DNA of 64,000 nt from Eledone cirrhosa (taxonomy: Eukaryota): NCBI GenBank assembly GCA_964016885.1, contig OZ024741.1, positions 96,224,001-96,288,000 on the forward strand. The letters run 5' to 3'. The translations under genes and the position numbers were made by a program. Every line of letters begins with the position of its first letter. Position 1 is the stretch's first letter. Below the pieces are notes generated by a model. That model was not told where the DNA came from. It saw only the letters and a list, made by a program, of their open reading frames with translations, and did not search any database. Shown here piece after piece: positions 14,361-32,573 of the stretch.

Positions 14361-14415
<55 letters not shown>

Positions 14416-14555
14416 CACACATCAACTACAAATATATATATATATATATATATACTCACATATACACGCACACATACGCATATATATACACACACACACA
14501 TACACATAGACATATATATATACATATATATACACACATACATATATACATATAT

Positions 14556-14602
<47 letters not shown>

Positions 14603-14700
14603 ATAATACACCCTTATTTACATGCTCACATATGTATTCTTATACTCACATACAAGCACCCAAACATACATACCTACCTACATATACATACGTACATCCA
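13510..14700. repeat. Compound (TA)n/(CA)n microsatellite tract
   Basis: Directly visible; it generates the spurious YI/HT/CV ORFs. Confidence 0.97.
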
Positions 14701-15236
14701 CGCTTACAAATACAAATAATTATAGGGGGGGAGGGGATTATAATAAATATAGGTTTCAAGGAACATAGAATATTAAATTGCATCTAGATCATAATATGTG
14801 TTTACATAGTAGTTTCAGTATTAGGAAATGTAAGAAAGAAAGCAAAATTATGCATTATAATATAAGTAGACTATTAATTATAGGTTAACTAAATTAAAAA
14901 TAGTTAATATATTGATTTCTAAGGTGTATACTACTTAGGTTTATAATCTTTGAAGCGGAATTTTGAAGTTAAACAGTAGTAGAGTATTAATTATAGCATA
15001 ACTAAATTAAAAATATTAACATTATGGTATCAATATTAGGAAATGAATTTAGTAATAGGGAAAAAAACCAAATCAAGTATTTCATCGGTAGTAGAATATA
15101 AATTATAGGTTAACTAAATTAAAAATTATATATTAATTTCTATAGTATATGTTAATTAGGTTTATAATAATTAAAACAGATTTTGTATTTTATCTATAGT
15201 GAAATCTAATTATAGGTTAACAAAAAATAAAAATTA

Positions 15237-15282
<46 letters not shown>

Positions 15283-15769
15283 TTAATTGTAAAGAATATA
15301 TTAATTAGGTATATATTTAAAATTTTTCTCAGTTTATGATTACATGATATTCTGCAATCCATCTGTATTAGAATTTTAATTTTAAGCTAATTAAAATAAA
15401 ATTTTAGTTTAACTAAATTAAAATTAAATTATAAATATATTTCCAAATTGTACATTAATTAGGTTTATAATATTAAAAAATATTTCTCTGTCATTGATTA
15501 CACGCTATTTTGTTATATTTCATCTGTAAAGGAATTTTAATAAAAGGTTAAATAAACTAAAATTAATCTATAAATTAATTTACAAAGTATATATTAATTA
15601 TGTTAATAATATTTAAAAGTTTTTCACAATTTATGATTACACAATATTTTATAATCTCAACTGTAGTAGAATTTTAATTAAATTAAATTTATAGGTTAAC
15701 TAACATTTAAATTAAATTATATATTAATTTCTAAAATTATATTATTAATTAGGTTTATAATATTTAAAT

Positions 15770-17501
<1,732 letters not shown>

Positions 17502-17509
17502 TATATATG

Positions 17510-19409
<1,900 letters not shown>

Positions 19410-19676
19410 AACGGAAAAAATGAAACGATATTTCATTTCCCACTCTTAGTACGGCTGTTACTTAAATATAAGTATGTACACGTACATACATATATGTATA
19501 CAGACGTACAGTAGTATGTATATATATATATACATACATGCACACATATATATATGCACGTATGGATTCACCGAACCTTTATTATAATGCTCGGTGTGTC
19601 TGTAAACAAACATCCCGTATTAAGCCGTAGTGTCTAGCAACCACCGTTGCTCGTTTGTTCAACACTGACAAAGGAA

Positions 19677-19717
19677 CGCTGTACTAGTTTCAAGCTTGTT
19701 AGCTATCGTCAGCAACG
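19677..19717 (-). ncRNA. Minimal type I hammerhead ribozyme (retrozyme-like unit)
   Basis: Reverse complement of the motif at 20354-20394. Confidence 0.85.
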
Positions 19718-20353
19718 TATACCTTCCTGCCAGATTGTTGAACGTATATACTTACCTTATGCCTATTAACGGCTGAGTAGCCCAATTTGCATATCGAGTG
19801 GGTTAATCGGCCGGGTGCACCGAAAACGATAAACGGAAAAAATGAAATGATATTTCATTTCCCACTCTTAGTACGGCTGTTACTTAAATATAAGTATGTA
19901 CACGTACATACATATATGTATACCGACGTACAGTAGTATGTATATATATATATATACATACATGCACACATATATATATGAACGTATGGATTCACCGAAC
20001 AACGGTGGTGTCTAGACACTACGGCTTAATACGGGATGTTTGTTTACAAACACACCGAGCATTATAATAAATGTTCGGTGAATCCATACGTGCATATATA
20101 TACGTGTGCATGTATGTATATATATATATACATACTACTGTACGTCGGTATACATATATGTATGTACGTGTACATACTTATATTTAAGTAACAGCCGTAC
20201 TAAGAGTGGGAAATGAAATATCGTTTCATTTTTTCCGTTTATCGTTTTCGGTGCACTCGGCCGATTAACCCACTCGATATGCAAATTGGGCTACTCAGCC
20301 GTTAATATGCATAAGGTAAGTATATACGTTCAACAATCTGGCAGGAAGGTATA

Positions 20354-20394
20354 CGTTGCTGACGATAGCTAACAAGCTTGAAACTAGTACAGCG
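20354..20394 (+). ncRNA. Minimal type I hammerhead ribozyme (retrozyme-like unit)
   Basis: CGTTG CTGACGA T AGCT AACA AGCT T GAAAC TA GTA CAGCG. 5-bp stem I, intact core, palindromic stem III (ACTAGT), GUA cleavage site. Confidence 0.85.
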
Positions 20395-20774
20395 TTCCTT
20401 TGTCAGTGTTGAACAAACGAGCAACGGTGGTTGCTAGACACTACGGCTTAATACGGGATGTTTGTTTACAAACACACCGAGCATTATAATAAATGTTCGG
20501 TGAATCCATACGTGCATATATATATGTGTGCATGTATGTATATATATATATACATACTACTGTACGTCGGTATACATATATGTATGTACGTGTACATACT
20601 TATATTTAAGTAACAGCCGTACTAAGAGTGGGAAATGAAATATCGTTTCATTTTTCCGTTTATCGTTTTCGGTGCACCCGGCCGATTAACCCACTCGATA
20701 TGCAAATTGGGCTACTCACCCGTTAATATGCATAAGGTAAGTATATACGTTCAACAATCTGGCAGGAAGGTATA

Positions 20775-20815
20775 CGTTGCTGACGATAGCTAACAAGCTT
20801 GAAACTAGTACAGCG
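20775..20815 (+). ncRNA. Minimal type I hammerhead ribozyme (retrozyme-like unit)
   Basis: Identical to 20354-20394. Confidence 0.85.
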
Positions 20816-21029
20816 TTCCTTTGTCAGTGTTGAACAAACGAGCAACGGTGGTTGCTAGACACTACGGCTTAATACGGGATGTTTGTTTACAAACACACCG
20901 AGCATTATAATAAATGTTCGGTGAATCCATACGTGCATATATATATGTGTGCATGTATGTATATATATATATATACATATATGTATGTACGTGTACATAC
21001 TTATATTTATTTATATATATATATATATA

Positions 21030-21108
<79 letters not shown>

Positions 21109-21110
<2 letters not shown>

Positions 21111-21296
21111 CGAAGGAAATGTGGTAAGGAACCAGGTGGACCATAACGCACCAAAGTACTCAATACTTAGGGTAGTAGAGTGGGTAATAGTAACAAGTAA
21201 GACCCCGACGGCTGAGCTCAAGCCGTTTCGACGGAAGAGTAGAGAATTAGCCGTCGAAACGGCTTGAGCGCAGCCGTCGGGGTCTTACTTGTTCCT
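21109..21296. mobile_element. Pseudo-LTR fragment of the PLE-D family with internal inversion
   Basis: 21109-21205 matches 41531-41625 and the reverse complement of 40620-40718. 21193-21235 is inverted at 21251-21293. Confidence 0.75.
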
Positions 21297-21529
21297 ATAT
21301 ATATATATATACATATATATATGTAGTATTAAGGATACTATTTATGGTTATGTATATACTAAAACCTTTTATAGTTATATATATTATAAACCCTAAACAG
21401 TGAAAGACAGTCATTTATTACTACCTTATTACCAGTAAGATAAATAGCTCAATGTAATAACATCAGTTGTTCTACAGAGCAGTTATATAGAAATTACATG
21501 AATCAAAGTTCTGTTCAAACCATTTATTA

Positions 21530-21574
21530 GCTTACAATTGTTTCGTCCAAACCTAGGTTTGGAGTCTTCGGAGC
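21530..21574 (-). ncRNA. Minimal hammerhead ribozyme, U4C core variant
   Basis: GCT CCGAAGA C TCCAAACC TA GGTTTGGA C GAAAC AATT GTA AGC. Confidence 0.7.
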
Positions 21575-22256
21575 AATTTTTCAATGATTGTTTACATACA
21601 TGACCTCCTTTCCAACACAAGAGACATAAAGAAACATATGTATATATCGATGCACAGTGGGTTGACATCCATTATACTATTGTAGCATGGCAATTTACAT
21701 TCAAAGATTAAAATCATATTAAAAGAAAATTAAAACAAAATACATCGTTGATTATGTGAAGGACATATAATCTATATATTGCGTTTCCTGGATTGTGAAA
21801 ATGGTGGTGTATACGAAAACCATAACATTATTTTGCTTCTCATTTTTAATATTTCTCTGCACACAAGCTTCTATATCACACATAAAAAATACTTTACCAA
21901 TACAACCCCCATAATACTCTTGATTGCCCTCTTAAAGTGCTTGTATTCCATATAACACCTTGCCGCACTATAATCTTATATAAATAAGACACACGTGCAT
22001 GCCCCACGTGTAACTATTGCATACACTAACAACTTCAAACTATCCTCTTGCATTATCTTCGTAAACTGCCGATGTTGTATTTTAACTTTAATTTTCTTTT
22101 AATTTTCTTTTAATATGATTTTAATCTTTGAATCTAAATTGCCATGCTAAGATAGTATAATGGATGTCAACCCACTGTGCATCGATATATACATATGTTT
22201 CTGTATTCTCTTGTGTTGAAAAGGAGGTCATGTATGTAAACAATCATTGAAAAATT

Positions 22257-22301
22257 GCTCCGAAGACCCCAAACCTCGGTTTGGACGAAACAATTGTAAG
22301 C
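22257..22301 (+). ncRNA. Minimal hammerhead ribozyme, U4C core variant
   Basis: GCT CCGAAGA CC CCAAACC TC GGTTTGG AC GAAAC AATT GTA AGC. Confidence 0.68.
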
Positions 22302-22336
22302 TAATAAATGGTTTGAACAGAACTTTGATTCATGTC

Positions 22337-22396
<60 letters not shown>

Positions 22397-22539
22397 GTGA
22401 GTAGGTAAAGATTTTTTTCTTAACCTGTCTGCTTTTTTCATATATGATATTATTAGGTACTGAATCTGTTAATTTTATTAACTAACTCATTGAACCAAAC
22501 TCAGTACAAATTGGACACCCTCTATGTATGTATCTATAC

Positions 22540-22591
<52 letters not shown>

Positions 22592-23129
22592 ATGTATATG
22601 TATATGTATATATATTCTTGTATATATCTATATATATATATACAAGTGTCTTGTATATATATATATATATATACAAGTGTCTTGTATATATATATATATA
22701 TACATATGTCCCAAGGCTCTGATACCATCATCACTATAAACACAGAGCTGGCATATCTAAGGACTGACTAACTGCCTAATGAGGTCATAGCCATTCAATG
22801 GCTATCATCGAAATATATATATCAGTAAATAAAGGATTATGAGTTAATCCAATTGACTTATGTTTCCTCACTATATATATATGTATATATATACATATAT
22901 ATAAGAGAGTATTGAAGTTTGCTTGAAGCATTGTGGAACAATAAGTAAATATCTTTAAGTCGTTTGGAAGCCTCGACAATGCAAATGGGTAAATCTCCGG
23001 GTAACAAGGTCCGGTGGTGGAGAAAGAGATGTAAGTGGGTGTACGTTGAGATGCGTGGTGTGTATAAGATGTGTGAGATGTGTAGAATGAAGGGAAGAGT
23101 ATAAAGGATAGAATAAAAATAACAACACA

Positions 23130-23762
23130 AGAGATAGTTACCTTGGGAGAGATTTAATAGTCCCTATATATTTCGGATTCACATCCATCAACTGGGGTTT
23201 TTTTCCGGGGTGGGGGAAAAGGTTGTCTGTCGGACAGGTCCGGAATGCGTCCTTCGCTGTTTGTTGTTTTGAATATCTGAGGTATTCGGCAGAGCGCGCG
23301 TGCGCGTGAAATGGGGTCGGTCGTACAGAGGTCAGCGGCCGAATGAGGGAGTGGGATGCCGCTAGCTGTTTGTTAAATGTTACTGTGTGTGTGTGTGCGT
23401 GTGTTGTTGTCTAGCTTGAGTGTGTGTATGTGTGTGTGTGTGCGTGTGTTATTGCCTTGTTCCTCTGTATTGGCAGTGTAGTATGTTCGTATGGTGGAAT
23501 GCTACTGTGTGTGTGTGTGCGCGTGTGTGTGTAGTTGTCTCGTTTGCGTGTGTGTGTTGTGTGTTGTTGCATCGCTTGTTAACTTAAACCAGCCATCTCA
23601 TTTCGCTTCTCTCTGATCGGTTGTTTATTTGCGGTTGCAGTCGTTTGATAAAAAGCGCTTCCTTGATACGTAACGTGCCGACGTTTCTTTCAGTCGCTAG
23701 AATTGTGACAATGGGCCTTCCGTCTTTGTTTCCGCATTTGTCTATGTGTTTCCGGAAAGATA
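23130..23762 (-). mobile_element. 3' remnant of a PLE (GIY-YIG C-terminus + UTR with decayed hammerhead)
   Basis: VTILATERNVGTLRIKEALFIKRLQPQINNRSE is the typical GIY-YIG C-terminal E..I..P..N motif. A decayed HHR lies at 23162-23197. Confidence 0.7.
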
Positions 23763-23763
23763 T

Positions 23764-26823
<3,060 letters not shown>

Positions 26824-26904
26824 ATATATATGAGCGGAACAAGCAAACATTAAAGAATCTTTTAAATAAATTAAAATACGATTTAAATATTTACCTCTTC
26901 TAGC

Positions 26905-26984
26905 GCCATGACCGACGGTTTCGCTTATCAAAAGATTGGAAATTCAGAGAATTTCCAATGGAAAGATATAGCTCTTCAGATAAC
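26905..26984 (-). ncRNA. Type I hammerhead ribozyme, fully canonical core, extended stem II
   Basis: GTTAT CTGAAGA GCT..ATTGGAAATT CTCTG AATTTCCAAT..AGC GAAACC GTC GGTC ATGGC. G10.1-C11.1 pair, 3-bp stem III, GUC site, 5-bp stem I. Confidence 0.85.
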
Positions 26985-27639
26985 TTTTCCAAATCTACTA
27001 GACATAAGTCCACATAGATGTAGATATATCACCCTCTGCCTAGTGAATGAATCAAGCCGTTAAAATGACCCACACACTTATTGGACCGTTAGAAAAAACA
27101 GGAATTATAGACTCGCTGATATTTCATGCTGCTAGAAATAGCAGCATAATACAGCATTTTTTTTCTCTACATTAAGGAGAATACAGATAAATGATATAGA
27201 TATCTCAGTAGGCACTAGGTACCCACAGAAATATATATGGTATCTATAATATTTATATATATATATATTACTAAAATATCTGCATGAAAGAACGGAGACG
27301 CGAACAAATACGGCAGGGAACAAACTTAATGTCATATTCGACGTCAATCTAGAATGGACACAATAATTTCAACTGAATTATCCAAGATGTCAGAAGTTAG
27401 ACATTTCGCATCGTTTGGAAGAGTTGTATGTAAGACGATACATGGTACATAAACAGTGTTACACAAGAGAAAAGAATGAAGGAAGGAAATGTCCTTCGCT
27501 TTGCAACAGAAATTACAATAAGGCAACAAAATAAATTAAACATTAAAATTGTAATTGGAAAATCATCTTACCAGGCGGCTCATTTGTCGTGGTGATCGAA
27601 GCTTTACTGGAAATGAAAGGCATTTTCTTAATTTTATAT

Positions 27640-28167
<528 letters not shown>

Positions 28168-28680
28168 AAATTATATGTTTGTTATCATAAAAAATTGGAA
28201 TTGTTTACGAACTAAATAATACAGAGTTGCCATCCTCCAGAAACACAGTGGTTAAGGAGATTTCGTCATGTTTAAAATGCAGAGCGTTAAAAGTCTTAAG
28301 TAGAAAATATATGACACAATATAGAATATATATTGCTTTTATGCTACTTAAGAGTTTTAAATGCTCCATCCATTAAATATCTTAACACCCACATACGTCA
28401 CGGTCACAGCTATTAAAGAAAAGATACAAAATATTTTCTCTAAACAATTTGAGTTTTATACGCCATCAAATCTAATTTTCTGTAAATCTACTTAATGATT
28501 CCCTCACCAGAGGTGTGGAAATGTAGTGTGAGTTTATACATCATTGATGACGGGTAAATAATGTTGAAGCATGTCCGATATTTTTCTTACGTTATTGTCG
28601 GGAAAAACAAGGAAAGTATTGAGAATCATAAGAGTATGTCCCTGCAAAGATTCAATTCCAATTTCTGCCTCACTCTGAAT

Positions 28681-28808
<128 letters not shown>

Positions 28809-28819
28809 ATATATATATA

Positions 28820-28920
<101 letters not shown>

Positions 28921-29774
28921 CGACATCATACATAACACATAATACATATAATATATACCATATAATATACATCACATATAATCCACAATATCTCCGCTAG
29001 GTTTCTGTAAATCCGAAATCAACAAAATGCATTTGCAGGAGTCTGCAAGTTAATGGTTTTTGAAGATAGAACAATGCAGTTTACTTCAACAAGTTTTTCG
29101 TTCTGGTCCGCTCGGGTGTTTTATGCTAGAGTAAGCGCTGCTAGCAAACACATGGTTTTTCCCAAAGGGAGCTAACCCCCGATTTTGGCGGTCAATTCAA
29201 AATTTGGAACAAAGAAATAAAAATTCCCTTACACAAACCGAATTAAGCACTCAACTAGAAGTTATCAAACAAACATAAACAATTAATCGATCAATAGAAT
29301 TGTCTAATTAAATTAATCAATTAATGGTTAATTCTAGGAGATAATAATACAAACTTTAATACAGCATCAACGAAGCTCTGGTTGCAGCCAAGCTAAAGAA
29401 TGCAGTTTCGGTGTGCAGCTAAGCACTCGATAGAGTATATAACCCTAGAGTTATAACATTACGTTTAGACAGCTTTGCAAAGACCATTTTACTTAGAAAG
29501 CACTGCGAAATTAGAAAATTTTAAATATTGTCACCACAGAGCAGTTGCATGTGTCGATTCGTTTATCGATACATTTGTCCGCGTACATTACTAGATTTAT
29601 TCAACTTTTATCAACTATTATATAATAGTTATCGACATTGTGGTGACAATACTTTCCGCGCACACATGTATTATTACTCCTAATTTCATCCACTTCTTTG
29701 TGGCACATGATAAAATCAATCGATTTAACACGATCAAGCATGTATATATTTTTTAATGTCTTGAAGTATTGATG

Positions 29775-29880
<106 letters not shown>

Positions 29881-30240
29881 ACAGAGTTTTGTAGCTTTCT
29901 TGAAGCATTGTTGAATAGGAAACACAAATTTAAATTTGAATACCAAAACAATGCGTATGCAGAATGTGAAATTGCCAGATAAAATACAAAGTTCGTTTTA
30001 TAAATAAAGACGTACCCATGAAGATTCAACCTTATCGATCGGAAATTCGCTGGATAGTAACATGTTGAATGCTCTAAATCAGTTATAAACATTTATGTTT
30101 GTCGGAATTCCAACAAATTAAATACAACTTCTACATATATATATATATACACACAGAGATAGTTACGATGTACCTAGAAACGATCGTAAAGCAGTGAAGT
30201 ATATTTCTAATGACTTGATTTTTTTATTTCATTGTTTTAA

Positions 30241-30327
<87 letters not shown>

Positions 30328-32126
30328 GAAAAGTATAGAAATTGTTGTAGCGAGAAGCTAACAGTATTCCATAACATATATATATATATATATATATGAT
30401 ATTAAATAAATGGAAACTATATTTATAAAAACATATTTATTCTATTATATATATTTAAAGGGTAGCAAAACTTTGGTACGCCCTCATCAGATAAAATACA
30501 AAGTTTGTTTTATAAATATTGACATATCCAGGAAGAAGATCTTAGCGGTTCAAGCTTTTCCTGCATAGTAAAAGGAAAGAAAGGAAAGAGAAGAGAAGTC
30601 AAATATTTCAAATTATTAAAATGAATATGCAAATGAGGTTGAGGTATAGGGCTGAAACAAACGTTATTTTTAGATGCTAGGTAGATTTACATAATTATTA
30701 GGATATATATATATGTATGTGTAGGAAGAAGAAAGAGAAAGAAAGAAAAGCTTGTATTTACGTGAATTTAAAAAGAATAACAGTTTGTAGGAATGGTGTA
30801 ATATGATTCCAGAATTTAAAAAATTATTTAGCTATATTATGAGTTATAATATTATATATATAATCAATTAGATTATATGAAGAATTATGGTTGTATCTAC
30901 ATTTTATCTTATTACATTGCAACAGGTTATAAGTATATAAATATCTATATAGACAAATAATTGTGCAAATATAAGTATTATTGGTGATGTTATAGAAATA
31001 AACCACACGTATTTTTTACGTTTCTAATATGAGTTACGAAGGATGTTGATTTTACATTTTACATAAATATTTAAGAAAAAGACGTAGTTCAAATTGTAAG
31101 AGAAGAACAATTTGTAGATTCTAATATTTTGCTCCAACATTGAAAATGTTTTCAGAACATTTTTAATTTAGCGAAATTATATAATTTATCATACAAGTTA
31201 TCATGTCTATGTTTGCTCAATTGCTATTATTTGCTAATTTGATGAATGATTTACTTAGAAAGTGTGTAGAGAAAATTATATATTATTTTGTGTGAGATTA
31301 TAAGGTATTTTATATTATATGTTTTTCAAGGATGAGAATTTCAATTACATATTATTTACGTCGAAAGATGTGTGAAAAATTTGAAGATTAAAGAGAGGAA
31401 AAAATGTATTATTAGATAAGTCGAGAGTGCATTTCAAAGAACTATCGTAAAGAGGATATCTTTCAGAATGTCAATTAAAGAGTATCAATCTAAATCTAAA
31501 AAATAGATTAAGAAGAGTATCATTAGGAAAAGAATATCAAATGGTAAAAATACTAAATTTAAGAAGGAAGATCATTTGAAAAATGTAAATTTTTAAAGAA
31601 AAGAAAAACTCAGTAAATAATAGGATCATTTTAAAGGTGTATAAGATATAGTCAAGTGTAATGAATATCATAGATTAAAAATACTTCGGAAAGTGTATTT
31701 TTTACCGAGTTTTTCTTTAAAAATTTAAATTTTTTAAATGATCTATCGTAAAGGATATCTTTCAGGAAAAGAATCTCAAAACTGTCTCAGAATGAGAATA
31801 AATGAATGATGAAACAATTTTGTCCAGTAGCGTGTGCAAAGACAGAAAGCAAGGTGGACAGGTCAATCTCGTGCTGCTAAAAATAGCAGCCGTTCAAACG
31901 ACCAAAAGTTTCTCTACCGTTGGGGAGAATAATATTAACCTTTGGTCGTTTGAACAGCTTCTATTTTTAGCAACACGGGATTGACCTAACCACCTTGCTT
32001 TATGTCTTTGCACACGGTACTAGACAAAATCGTTTCATCATCCTTTATTCTCATTCTGAGGCAGTTTTGTATGGCGCCAGTTTGTAATTTGAACTCGGGA
32101 ATTTTATATTCTCTGAGAGAGAAAAG

Positions 32127-32207
32127 CCTTCTGACGAGGATCTCTTTCTCAATGGAAATCTGCTTGGATTATCTATTTGTTTGGGATCTGAAACCGCGGT
32201 AAGTAAG
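32127..32207 (+). ncRNA. Candidate hammerhead ribozyme with extended stem II
   Basis: TT CTGACGA GGATCTC...GGGATCT GAAAC CGCG GTA AG. Intact core and palindromic stem III (ACCGCGGT); stem I is weak. Confidence 0.6.
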
Positions 32208-32477
32208 TACAGTGAATTTTTTGGAATCTATATTTTTTATATATTTTTTATGATATTTTCTGTGTTTAGACTCCCTGATTTTATATATTCTGGCTTGTTA
32301 ATTTATTAACTTGCCATTGAACCACATTAGCATACGGTCGGACTATACTTATGTCTCTATGTGTATTAATTACATGTAGGAATATATATGTATATATATT
32401 AATATATGTATATATATTCATATATATATATACATATATACATACATATATACATATGTATATATATATATATATTC

Positions 32478-32545
32478 GGTGGCCTAATGGTAGGTGTTAG
32501 AGACAGTGAAGATTCTGGTCAGGAGTTCAATCTCTGTCCGTTCTA
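32478..32545 (+). mobile_element. Degenerate tRNA-derived SINE head
   Basis: A-box-like TGGCCTAATGGTA and B-box-like GAGTTCAATCTC; no full cloverleaf. Confidence 0.45.
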
Positions 32546-32573
32546 CACTAAACACTATATAAATAGATAGATA

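Larger units (their letters stand above)
19407..21010. mobile_element. Retrozyme-like, ORF-less hammerhead-containing tandem repeat (421-nt unit; ~1.4 units minus, then ~2.3 units plus)
   Basis: HHR cores start at 20359 and 20780 (period 421), with an inverted copy at 19677-19717. Units are near-identical and the array is flanked by (TA)n. Confidence 0.8.
21484..22345. mobile_element. Inverted pair of ~255-bp repeats, each with a hammerhead (PLE-type inverted pseudo-LTRs)
   Basis: 21484-21738 is the reverse complement of ~22090-22345 with few mismatches. Confidence 0.8.

Noticed and set aside
19770-19830. Possible second, opposite-polarity hammerhead in the 421-nt unit (CTGAGTA...GAAAAC)
   Set aside because: G8 is absent, and CGGCTGAGTAGCCCA simply pairs with TGGGTTAATCGGCCG as a plain hairpin.
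19407-21010. CRISPR-like or simple satellite interpretation of the 421-nt repeat
   Set aside because: No unique spacers and no cas genes, in a eukaryotic context; the hammerhead and inversion fit a retroelement origin better.
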